A stretch of DNA of 64,000 nt from Clostridia bacterium (GTDB lineage: Bacteria; Bacillota; Clostridia; RGIG6154). A program made the position numbers and the translations under genes. The stretch's first letter is position 1, and each line of letters opens with the position of its first letter. The notes under the pieces were generated by a model, which did no database searches, was not told the DNA's origin, and saw only the letters and a list, made by a program, of their open reading frames with translations. The DNA lies in assembly GCA_017410375.1 (NCBI GenBank), contig JAFQQW010000058.1, positions 9,192 to 73,191 of the forward strand, read 5' to 3'. This document shows, piece after piece, positions 53,075 to 62,203 of the stretch.

Positions 53075-53973
53075 TTACCAATAGCAAGCGCCTTCCACCT
53101 GCTGTGCTTTTTCCGGCGTTTCCGTTTTGGAAGGACGAACCCAATGTTCGTTGTACAATTTGGAAACAATGGGATGATTATCCCAACGGTTACCCTTGAT
53201 ACCAAATAAAATTTGTGTAGCGCCACCCATATGTATTGCGGTTTTACCTGCTTTTTTCAACATGCAAGCGAGAGAAAACCCATACGCACCGCAACCGAGA
53301 ATCGCAACATCAAAATCTATTTTCATTGCCTCGTCATACATATAGTTCAGTGCATCAAACCAAGTTTCGAAGGAAGTTTCAAAAAAAGCTGAAGACTGTA
53401 CCGCTTTTATTGTTTTCAATTCAAATTCGGGCAGTACATCCGGATTTTCAAACAACAGCTCTCTTTTTTCATACTGACTGCGAATGGTTTCCTCAAACGG
53501 ATGGATAACCAAAACTTTTTTGCCTTTCAATGCAGCTGACCAGGGTTCATTCCAGTAATAAGGCTCCAGTCCGCGGGGAACGCAAACTTTTGCCTGTGGT
53601 GAATACAATTGAAGCAAAAAATCTTCCATGGGCCAAGCATAAACACCATACAAATCCGCTTCGCGGGATAAATCACCCTGCATTTTGCCGAAACGGTATC
53701 CCAGATCGGCATCATTCGGGAAAAATCCTGCATTCCGACACAAACTCAACATACAGTCGTCGCTGATTTTTTCTCTTTTCCCCATGTCCATTTCCAAAGC
53801 CTGCACCAATGTGCATCTTTAATTACATGATTCGCCTGCTCGGCAGACATCAACGGTCGTCCTGCGTATTTCTTCTCTTTAGACAACGTAAAACATTTTA
53901 ATTTTTTACGGACTAATCGCCATAAACCGGCAACCCTACATTTATTATACAGTGCTTTCATCCTGTTCACCAT
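53075..53973 (-). pseudogene. polysaccharide-locus gene of unknown family split across two frames (53746-53973 and 53075-53809); possible frameshift at an A6 run, or two genes
   Basis: Two same-strand ORFs overlap by 64 nt in different frames; T6/A6 homopolymer at about 53766-53771; the C-terminal part has a GCGAYGFSLA nucleotide-binding-like motif. Confidence 0.3.
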
Positions 53974-53985
53974 ATCCTTTCCGTT

Positions 53986-54900
53986 TCAACGTTTCAACAA
54001 AGCAGACATTTTCCGTTTTAAAATCTGATACAAAAATCTGTATCTCGCTTTCCAGACAGACATAACCTTTTTGGGATCGCCTGCGTAATACCTGTATGCT
54101 ATATTTTTATGAAAGCCTTGAATATGCAAAAGCATCATCATAACCGGTTGCCCTGTTTTTGTGTCTGTACAGTATGCCTTTTTATCTTCAAAAGAAACAT
54201 CCTTATATATTCCTTTCATCGCAAATCGGGTATCACTTTTTTTGGCAATATGGCTATCGAACGAAATGTTATCCCGAATCTGCAACAAGTCATAACGGGT
54301 AACACCGCAGTCTTTTACAAACATTTCAATCATGTACATATCGGTAATGTTTCTGCTGCCACCGTTGGCGTTTTTTTCGTTGGCACGAACATCTTTCAAA
54401 TGCTGTAAACATTCCGCGTCGGTGTAATATCTGAAGGTGTTGTCCACAAGCTTTGTAAGCACATCCACATTCTTAAAAACGTTACATCCGGGACCATATT
54501 CCCCATGCAAAGTCACATCGGCATCGCCACAATATTTATCGTGATATTCTGTTATGTCTCCATATACCAAAACATCCGAATCCAGGCAACAAAATCTGCC
54601 CGTAATACCTGCCTGCAACACAAAATCACGCATATACATCCACCGCTGGAAACAAATTCGTTCCACGAATCCGTTCATACTGCTTAAATGCACATAAATT
54701 TTTTCGAACTCTTTTGCTGTTTTTTCGCAGGTAGTCATATCTACATGCTGAATGCCGAACTTTTCATAATGCTTGTTTTTTTCGTCACCGATTAAATAAA
54801 TATCCGAATTGGGGTTGGACTGTATAATCTGATTAAATGTATATTGTAAATAGAAAGAGTCGCCTTTATGAAAAAAGATTAACGGTATTCCTGCTTTCAT
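53986..54900 (-). CDS. putative glycosyltransferase with DxD motif (GT32-like / capsule-biosynthesis-like)
   Basis: CLDSDVLV DxD motif; location inside the GT cluster; family uncertain. Confidence 0.4.
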   Translation of the reverse strand: MKAGIPLIFFHKGDSFYLQYTFNQIIQSNPNSDIYLIGDEKNKHYEKFGIQHVDMTTCEKTAKEFEKIYVHLSSMNGFVERICFQRWMYMRDFVLQAGITGRFCCLDSDVLVYGDITEYHDKYCGDADVTLHGEYGPGCNVFKNVDVLTKLVDNTFRYYTDAECLQHLKDVRANEKNANGGSRNITDMYMIEMFVKDCGVTRYDLLQIRDNISFDSHIAKKSDTRFAMKGIYKDVSFEDKKAYCTDTKTGQPVMMMLLHIQGFHKNIAYRYYAGDPKKVMSVWKARYRFLYQILKRKMSALLKR

Positions 54901-56111
54901 TTTAAAATACCTCCCAAAAAGTCTACAATTCGCTTACCCTGCACCTTATAATTCTTTTCATCCAATGCATACCGCTTAGACGCTTCGCCTTTTTCGGCAA
55001 GCACTTGCGCATCCTGCGTCAGAACTGTTTCAATACAGTTCCGGATTGCTTCCGCCGAGTCATTTTCGATTGGATAAATGTAGTCAAAATATGCTTTCGG
55101 GATACCGCCGACTGTTGTAGATGCCACCGTAGTTCCCGAAGTCATGTATTCTAAAATTTTGGACGGGAATGCATAATTGGCGTGGTCTTCATCAGGCGAT
55201 TTTACACTAATCAAAAGGTGTGCCGCCTTTTGATGTTCCAACAAATCCTTTCGGTCAACCTTGCCGAAATAGTGAATGCGACTGTCTTTTGCTTCGCATT
55301 CTTTTATGTAGTCAATCAAATCTCCATAACCAAACAACCATAGATTATAGTCGCCCTCTACCTGCATAAATCCGTCTAAAAGCTTGTCAATATTAAAGCT
55401 TTTGGAAAGGGCACCGGCATACATAACAGTTTTTTTGTCATTCTTAGGTACATCGTCCGTAATATCGAAAATGCTTGCATCGGAAAATCCTTCCACCAAA
55501 ACCGCAGGTTTTTCTTCAATTTTCATTTTCTTTGCCATATGTTCGGTAAGCAGAATATATGAATCAAATCCCGTCTGCAGCTTTACCATTTTGTTGCTGT
55601 AATGGTCAGTCATCAAGGTTTTCAAGCCTTTTGTTTCGTGCATTTTATAAAGGTAAGCCGGCAAATCAGAAATCAGACCGCATGTCTTTGTACCGTATTT
55701 CTTGCCCAACTTCTGTGTTGGCGCGGAATAAGGCGGATACACGCTGTAATTCAAAATCACCTTATCCTTGACATCCTTGTTTTCTTTCAACCATTTTTTC
55801 AATGCTCTGCGTGTACCGATTGCAGCACACATCTGCTTTAAAAACATCAGATTAATGCAGGGAATCCAGGTAACTTCTTTACCGAAATTAAGCTTTTCTT
55901 TACGTTTACCCCAGGCAAACAAGTTGCCACCCGGATATACACTTACGGTAGGCAAAGACACAACCGTAACATCGGCACCTGCTTCTTCCAAGCCTTTAAC
56001 AAGCATATTTTCAAAATTAACCGGTGCGTTGGAAGGTTTTACCTTGCTTTTGACCGCAATATCATCTAATGTCTTGTCGTTAATTAACGAACCCAAGAAA
56101 AATATTTTCAT
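54897..56111 (-). CDS. glycosyltransferase family 4 (GT-B)
   Basis: FPSKILEYMTSG E-x7-E motif region. Confidence 0.75.
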   Translation of the reverse strand: MKIFFLGSLINDKTLDDIAVKSKVKPSNAPVNFENMLVKGLEEAGADVTVVSLPTVSVYPGGNLFAWGKRKEKLNFGKEVTWIPCINLMFLKQMCAAIGTRRALKKWLKENKDVKDKVILNYSVYPPYSAPTQKLGKKYGTKTCGLISDLPAYLYKMHETKGLKTLMTDHYSNKMVKLQTGFDSYILLTEHMAKKMKIEEKPAVLVEGFSDASIFDITDDVPKNDKKTVMYAGALSKSFNIDKLLDGFMQVEGDYNLWLFGYGDLIDYIKECEAKDSRIHYFGKVDRKDLLEHQKAAHLLISVKSPDEDHANYAFPSKILEYMTSGTTVASTTVGGIPKAYFDYIYPIENDSAEAIRNCIETVLTQDAQVLAEKGEASKRYALDEKNYKVQGKRIVDFLGGILK

Positions 56112-56983
56112 ACGTTCTCCTCTTCAAAAAACTGACCGAATTTTTCGTCATATTCAGGCGGATTAAAGGGCACAAGCCCACCACCCGAGTGGAATGTCAA
56201 TTCACTAAACAGAATTTTACCGTTATTTTCATACAAATCCACACGAACAAAACGAAACGGCTTTGCAAGCTTTTCTGCAATTTCCACAAGCTCCGCTTTC
56301 TTTTCGGTAAGCGGATATTCAATATTCGGATACCCGAATTTTACGGGGATTTTTTCAAACTTTTCACTTAAAACATTGGTATACCGTTTGCCGTCTTTAT
56401 TCACATTCTGACAAATCAGCTTCACTTTTCCGTTAAAGCAATACAGCTTGTATTCCGCCAAGCAATCGGAAAAATCAATGTATTTGTCGCACAAAATGCG
56501 CGGCTTGATGTTTTTATAATTCTTTTCTCTGTCTTTGTAATAGAAATTGGTTTTCAGCCACTTATCAAACTTTTGCTTGGCATCCGCCTTATCAAGCTTT
56601 TCCTTATCGGTAACGATAATGTTAAAGCCCGAGGCATGGGTTGCCTTTAATGCAAAGCTTTTAGGCAATTTATCAAAATCAATTTCATCAAAAGAATTGT
56701 AAACGCCCAAAACTTCATTCAAAACCTCTTCGCCGACACATTCTTTCACATAGTTATGTACTTCGTACTTGTCGGTATATTTATCATATCCGTACTTTTC
56801 ATCCTTTAATTTTTCCGCAATGATATGCTGATTAAAGGTTTTTGGATTTTTAATGTCCATCCGCTTACCGAACACAATAAAGTACAAAAGCTTTGAATAA
56901 CTTTCATCGCTCATCAGCTTGGGAAACCGCTGACTGAACTTTATGGTAAGCACTTTAAGTACCATTTTAATTTTCCACAGCAT
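56108..56983 (-). CDS. TupA-like ATP-grasp fold amidoligase (teichuronopeptide-type)
   Basis: About 290 aa; KATHASG...FRFVRVDLY motifs of the ATPgrasp_TupA family. Confidence 0.6.
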   Translation of the reverse strand: MLWKIKMVLKVLTIKFSQRFPKLMSDESYSKLLYFIVFGKRMDIKNPKTFNQHIIAEKLKDEKYGYDKYTDKYEVHNYVKECVGEEVLNEVLGVYNSFDEIDFDKLPKSFALKATHASGFNIIVTDKEKLDKADAKQKFDKWLKTNFYYKDREKNYKNIKPRILCDKYIDFSDCLAEYKLYCFNGKVKLICQNVNKDGKRYTNVLSEKFEKIPVKFGYPNIEYPLTEKKAELVEIAEKLAKPFRFVRVDLYENNGKILFSELTFHSGGGLVPFNPPEYDEKFGQFFEEENV

Positions 56984-56988
56984 ATGTA

Positions 56989-58119
56989 TTAAACCTCGTT
57001 AAAGCAATCCACATATTGCTTGATAATCTCATCAATTTTGAGCTTGGAATCAATAAATGCCTTTGCATTGTTGCAAATTTCGTCATATTCTGCTTGTTCC
57101 ATATCGCAAAAGGCTTCAATCGCCTGCTCAAATTTTTCAGGGGCAGAAAGAGGCAACGCACAACCGCCGTTTGCCTGATTGATTCCGTTCCAGGGTGTGG
57201 TATCGCTGATGATAATGGGACGCTTGTGAATCATACCCTCCACAATGGAGTGTCCGTAATTTTCACCGATGGTAGGCATGTAGTAGGCATGGTACTTTGA
57301 TACCGTTTTGCCCACATCCTCATGGTCTACCGAACCGCAATAGTTCAGCTTCACATTTTCGGGCAGCTGAACTGCAAAGCACTTGTCATAGTATTCTCTG
57401 TTTTCGATGGGCCCGTAAATATCATAGGTTACATTGCCCTTGATATTTTTAAGACGTTCCACACCGTAAAGCAAATTTTTGGTATCCTGAATACGCGCAA
57501 TATAACAAAGTTTTAAATCGCCTTTTTCCTTTGTAATGGGCTTAATCTGGCTGTTATCCGCATAAGAAAAATTGTTGATATTGTAAATATCTTTGGCAGA
57601 AATGCCCATATATTTTACCATATCGTTAAGCTCTTCGTTGCCTGTTGCCTGATATTTTACACCTTTTAAGTACCCAAGCCATTTCAAAGCTTTGGTGTAC
57701 ACCGACTTTTTCAGATAGCCCTGCTTAAAGCGGTTTTCGCAGATTTCACCCCGAGGCGCAATCACAACACCCACATTTTTATGCTTTTTCTTGTATTTCA
57801 AAACGGGAATCACATGATTGTGGCTGAAAAAGCTGTTCTGGTAAATCACATCAGGCTGAACTTCCTCAATAATGGGATAAATATCTTTTCCGGAGGTTTT
57901 GCCGTATGGGCAATAAAATACCTTCCCGAAATCAAAAGTATTCCATCCGTTTTCAATGCCCGGAAGCGGTTTGGAATCCCCTACCTCAAAATTCTGAGAA
58001 ATGATATAAACTTCAAAATCATTTTTGATTGCCTGCACCACATTCATAATGCTCACCGGAGGTCCGCCACCGTTCTTCTGGGGCGGAAACAGCGATGCCA
58101 TAATCAGTAATTTTCTCAT
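56989..58119 (-). CDS. glycosyltransferase family 4 (GT-B)
   Basis: GT-B two-Rossmann layout with a C-terminal EGMIHKRPII-type donor-binding region. Confidence 0.75.
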   Translation of the reverse strand: MRKLLIMASLFPPQKNGGGPPVSIMNVVQAIKNDFEVYIISQNFEVGDSKPLPGIENGWNTFDFGKVFYCPYGKTSGKDIYPIIEEVQPDVIYQNSFFSHNHVIPVLKYKKKHKNVGVVIAPRGEICENRFKQGYLKKSVYTKALKWLGYLKGVKYQATGNEELNDMVKYMGISAKDIYNINNFSYADNSQIKPITKEKGDLKLCYIARIQDTKNLLYGVERLKNIKGNVTYDIYGPIENREYYDKCFAVQLPENVKLNYCGSVDHEDVGKTVSKYHAYYMPTIGENYGHSIVEGMIHKRPIIISDTTPWNGINQANGGCALPLSAPEKFEQAIEAFCDMEQAEYDEICNNAKAFIDSKLKIDEIIKQYVDCFNEV

Positions 58120-58120
58120 T

Positions 58121-59278
58121 TTACTTTCCCTCTTTTACATCTTTAAACAGTTGTTTAAACTGCTCTGCTACTCTTTCTTTTGAATATATTTCTTCTGTCG
58201 CTTTTCTTGCATTTTTGCCCATCTCAAGGCGTTTTTCCTTGTTTTCATACAAATCCAGCACACAGGATGCAATGTCCTTTGCGGTTAAGCTTTCGGGACA
58301 AACCCCTGCATTGTTGTTTATCACGGTATTGTAAAGGTCATTGTCTTTGTTACAAACCGCAAGTATCGGCATACCGCAAGCCATCATGTTGAACGTTTTG
58401 CTGGGCATAAAAAGTTCCGACATTTTATCTTCCTGGGAAACCAAGCCCACATCCCCCGACGCCATAGACATCTGAAAAACATCTTCAGGCTGGTGCGGTA
58501 ACAGTTTTACATTTTCAGCACCATTATCTATTGCCGCCTGCACAAAATCGCAACCGGGACCTTTGCCGATAAACAAAAACAGAATATCTTTTTTATCTTC
58601 CAACGCATTAGCCGATTCCAAAAGAAGCGGAATGTTGTGTCCTAAGCCCAGCTTCCCCGAATACAGCACAACGAATTTTCCCTCTAATCCCTGCTCTTTG
58701 ATGAAGCGGTTTTCTTCTTTTGGGATAGGCTTCATAAAATCAGGGTCGCAAGGATACGGAATCACTGCAATATCCTGCTTTTTCTTTAGTGGCTTGTTGA
58801 TGCTTTTGGCCATTACTTCACCTAATGTCACAATTTTATCAATTTTCGGGAAAGTGCGATTGTTTAAAAAATGCCACCCTTTACAAATCAAATGCACAAC
58901 GGGATTGCCTGTGCTTTTTTCCACCACATGCGGATAAATATCCCAGTTCATAAAAACAAATTTAGATTTGGTCTTTTTCTTACACCACACACCAAGCAAA
59001 CTGTTAATGGGCGGATTGGAAGTAGCATACACCAAATCAAATTGCATATTTTTATTCTGCTTCATAAATTTACGCACATCTTTGCGGTACTTTATCCAGC
59101 AAATAAAACGACTTTTTAACGAGCGAGGGTCATGGGGTGCTGTTTTATGAATTGTAATATTCGGCTGTTCTTTCGGTTCGCTGCCGGTTAAAAGATGCAC
59201 TTCGTCGCCCTCAAAAATTTTAGATAGTTGTTCTACCTCATCAGAACCTAGGTTCTGATTCAACACAAGAACTCTCAT
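58121..59278 (-). CDS. glycosyltransferase family 4 (GT-B)
   Basis: GT4-like C-terminal domain (FMPSKTFNMMACGMPIL). Confidence 0.75.
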   Translation of the reverse strand: MRVLVLNQNLGSDEVEQLSKIFEGDEVHLLTGSEPKEQPNITIHKTAPHDPRSLKSRFICWIKYRKDVRKFMKQNKNMQFDLVYATSNPPINSLLGVWCKKKTKSKFVFMNWDIYPHVVEKSTGNPVVHLICKGWHFLNNRTFPKIDKIVTLGEVMAKSINKPLKKKQDIAVIPYPCDPDFMKPIPKEENRFIKEQGLEGKFVVLYSGKLGLGHNIPLLLESANALEDKKDILFLFIGKGPGCDFVQAAIDNGAENVKLLPHQPEDVFQMSMASGDVGLVSQEDKMSELFMPSKTFNMMACGMPILAVCNKDNDLYNTVINNNAGVCPESLTAKDIASCVLDLYENKEKRLEMGKNARKATEEIYSKERVAEQFKQLFKDVKEGK

Positions 59279-59299
59279 AATTTATCCCACTTTTCTTTT

Positions 59300-60571
59300 T
59301 TATACTTTATCCTCGTTAATTGCCGTCTGATATTTTCCGTTTTTTCCGAGTGCTATATCTTCAACTTGTTCCAGAACAAATTCACCTGCACCAAAGCAAT
59401 CTCTTAAACGATCTAAAAGCTGTTCCCGGTCTGATTCCTCAATTCTGCCAACATATTTTAAAATATAAACATAATTTTTCTTTTGTACCATCTGATACTT
59501 TACGATGCCGGTAAACGGTTCTGTAACCGCCGCCATCATCACATTGCTTACAGCTCTGCCATCTGTTGCAGTTAACTGTCCTGCAACACGCCCGTGCAGT
59601 TGTTCCAATGTTGTAATGGCTCCGCGTTCCTCCAAAGAAACACCCAAGTCGCCCGTGTCGTACCGAATCAACGGCATTGCGCGATTATATAAATCCGTAA
59701 GAACAATTCGTCCGATTTCGCCCGACTCTACAGGTTCATCCGAATCAAGCTTCAGAATTTCAAAATAAATACTTGCCGTATTCAAATATAGCTTCTCTTC
59801 ATACGCCTTTGTAATGCCAAACAAACCGTTCTCTTCGTTGTCATAGCGATTAAAAACAGGACATTCAAAGGCCTGCTCCAGATTCCTTTTAAGCTGTATG
59901 GACAGCATATCCGAATCACATACAATCAATTTAACTTTAAATGCTTTACAATCTATCTTTTCACGTTGTATAAACAGCAGAAACTCTTTCATCGCAGACG
60001 CATAGCCAAACAAAACGCATTTTTTGTGTTTTTTCAGATACAACGCAAGCTCTTTTTTCTTTGCATCATCAAAAGTGGCGATGTTTACATTATAAACATT
60101 CTGCATAAAAGACTTTAGTTTAGACTGCTTATAATTGCTCACCCAGTTCCGGATAAATATGTATTTTGTGCCTAGTTTCCAGCCTATCCGGTTATGACAA
60201 TATACTAAATCACAAACTGTTCGGTTTCGTTTTTCAGCGTTCTGCACCACTTTAAAGGGTGTGCCGGTTGAACCACTGGTATACACCGTGTGTAAGTTTT
60301 GTCCTTCAAATTCATCCGAAAGAAACTCTGTTTCTGCTTTTTCACGGAATTTTAATTTTGTCATAACAGGAAATTCGGACAACTCCGGTGATTTTATATT
60401 CTTATAATAGGGAACATGTGCTATTGTATACTGTAATATTGCTTTTAGTCTGTCCTGTCTTACTAACCCCTGATGTATTGCAATATCTTTATAGCATTTT
60501 CGCTTTTTCCCTTTTCCTAATACAAAATCAGACACCCAGAAACCTGCGTTTCTGAACCATGCACCGAACAT
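59300..60571 (-). CDS. phenylacetate-CoA ligase / F390 synthetase family adenylate-forming enzyme (CapK-like)
   Basis: YTSGSTGTPFKV AMP-binding motif; length and layout of PaaK/CapK. Confidence 0.75.
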   Translation of the reverse strand: MFGAWFRNAGFWVSDFVLGKGKKRKCYKDIAIHQGLVRQDRLKAILQYTIAHVPYYKNIKSPELSEFPVMTKLKFREKAETEFLSDEFEGQNLHTVYTSGSTGTPFKVVQNAEKRNRTVCDLVYCHNRIGWKLGTKYIFIRNWVSNYKQSKLKSFMQNVYNVNIATFDDAKKKELALYLKKHKKCVLFGYASAMKEFLLFIQREKIDCKAFKVKLIVCDSDMLSIQLKRNLEQAFECPVFNRYDNEENGLFGITKAYEEKLYLNTASIYFEILKLDSDEPVESGEIGRIVLTDLYNRAMPLIRYDTGDLGVSLEERGAITTLEQLHGRVAGQLTATDGRAVSNVMMAAVTEPFTGIVKYQMVQKKNYVYILKYVGRIEESDREQLLDRLRDCFGAGEFVLEQVEDIALGKNGKYQTAINEDKV

Positions 60572-60572
60572 A

Positions 60573-61535
60573 TTATAACCTCCGAATCATCACTTCGTTA
60601 TATTTCATCATATAGATGCCTTCATCATAGGCACCGATATTTTTCTTGTTTTGGATGCCGTGGATGTTGTTCTGAATGAGCGTCATGTGGTCGCATCCGC
60701 TTTCATAAGCGTGGGGATAACCGCCGCCGAAACGGGGATTGACCTCTGAAATGTAATACGCACCGTCCACATCAAAAACGTCAATATCAATCTGTCCGCT
60801 GTAGCCTGCTTTTTTCACGAAATCCTCAATGAGTGCAAACAGCTTTTCATCCTTGAAGGATACCGCCTTATCGGTCTCCCCTGCACGCATGAGTAACTTT
60901 TTCTTGGTGAAAATGGACACAATCTCGCCCGACAGCATATCAATATACACATCCGCGCCGATTTCCTGTCCGTCCATAAATTCCTGAATCATCAGTCCCT
61001 CGTGATGTGCAAAGAGATTCTCTACCGTCTCCTTGTCATACACCTTGGAAATGGTTATACTGGCAGAACCGCAAATGGGCTTTACAAACACGGGATACTT
61101 TGCTTTTCCCGCTTCCACTTCCTTAAAGAACTCTTCTTTGTCAATATAGCTTTTGGCACAGTTATAGCCGTTATCCCGAAGCCATACATACATATCCCAT
61201 TTGTTTAAAGACATTTCGCAAAGCTCGTAAGAAGAACCTACCACCGTAACACCCAATTCTTTAAACTTGTCCTTATGCTGAGCAAGCAAAGAAAGCTCGG
61301 GGTCAATAAGGGTTAAAACCGCGTCAATCTCTTCTTTTTTGCAGATATCAAAAATAATGTCTATGTAGCCATCTTCTGTCATACGGGGCACCTGATAGAA
61401 CTTGTCCGCCTCATGCACCGCAGGCGCTAAATTGGTCATATCGGTCGCAACAACTTTGCCGTTGTTGCCTACCGTCCGTTTAAAATACTGCACCACTTTA
61501 TCCCGGGTGCCTGCACTTAAAATCAAAATATTCAT
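60573..61535 (-). CDS. ATP-grasp domain protein (amino-acid/carboxylate ligase, CPSase-like)
   Basis: ATP-grasp B/C-domain pattern (YPVFVKP...GSAS...EVNPRFGGG). Confidence 0.75.
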   Translation of the reverse strand: MNILILSAGTRDKVVQYFKRTVGNNGKVVATDMTNLAPAVHEADKFYQVPRMTEDGYIDIIFDICKKEEIDAVLTLIDPELSLLAQHKDKFKELGVTVVGSSYELCEMSLNKWDMYVWLRDNGYNCAKSYIDKEEFFKEVEAGKAKYPVFVKPICGSASITISKVYDKETVENLFAHHEGLMIQEFMDGQEIGADVYIDMLSGEIVSIFTKKKLLMRAGETDKAVSFKDEKLFALIEDFVKKAGYSGQIDIDVFDVDGAYYISEVNPRFGGGYPHAYESGCDHMTLIQNNIHGIQNKKNIGAYDEGIYMMKYNEVMIRRL

Positions 61536-61538
61536 ACC

Positions 61539-62198
61539 TTACACCTTTTCCTTTTCCAGCTCAGCTTTTCGGATTTGTGCAAAATTGCCTTCGGTGGCAT
61601 TGGTGTTTTCCGAAATGTCACTGCGCTTTAACACCTTCATTGCGGTCATAAAGATAATTTTGATGTCCATCCACATGCTGATGTTTTGCACATATTCCAC
61701 GTCCAGCTTAAAACGATCCTCCCAGTTCACGCTGTTTCTGCCGTTCACCTGCGCCCATCCGGTAAGACCGGGACGCACATCGTGCCGATGGCGTTCGGTT
61801 TCGTTGTACCAGGGCAGGTATTCCACCAACAAAGGTCTCGGACCTACAATGGAGATATCGCCTTTTAAGATGTTAATTAAAGAGGGCAACTCATCGCATG
61901 AAGTCGAACGTAAAAATTTGCCATACTTATTCAGGCGCACCTCGTCGGGCAGGAGATTGCCGTCTTTATCTTTGGCATTGGACATGGTGCGGAATTTTAA
62001 AAGCTTAAAAATCTTTTCCTCACCGGTCTTTTTATCAATTTTACCGGGTCGCATTTGGGTAAAGAACGGATTTCCGCGCATAGCAATGGCACCGACAATC
62101 GTAAAAATCAACAGAAACGGCGACAAACACACCAGTGCGATAAAAGAAAGCAAAATATCCAAAAATCGTTTAAAAAACTTTGCGTACAAACTGAACAC
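61539..62198 (-). CDS. undecaprenyl-phosphate sugar phosphotransferase, small PglC/WecP-like initiating transferase
   Basis: Single N-terminal TM then the Bac_transf core (DELPSLINILKGDISIVGPRP). Confidence 0.85.
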   Translation of the reverse strand: MFSLYAKFFKRFLDILLSFIALVCLSPFLLIFTIVGAIAMRGNPFFTQMRPGKIDKKTGEEKIFKLLKFRTMSNAKDKDGNLLPDEVRLNKYGKFLRSTSCDELPSLINILKGDISIVGPRPLLVEYLPWYNETERHRHDVRPGLTGWAQVNGRNSVNWEDRFKLDVEYVQNISMWMDIKIIFMTAMKVLKRSDISENTNATEGNFAQIRKAELEKEKV

Positions 62199-62203
62199 TC
62201 CTC

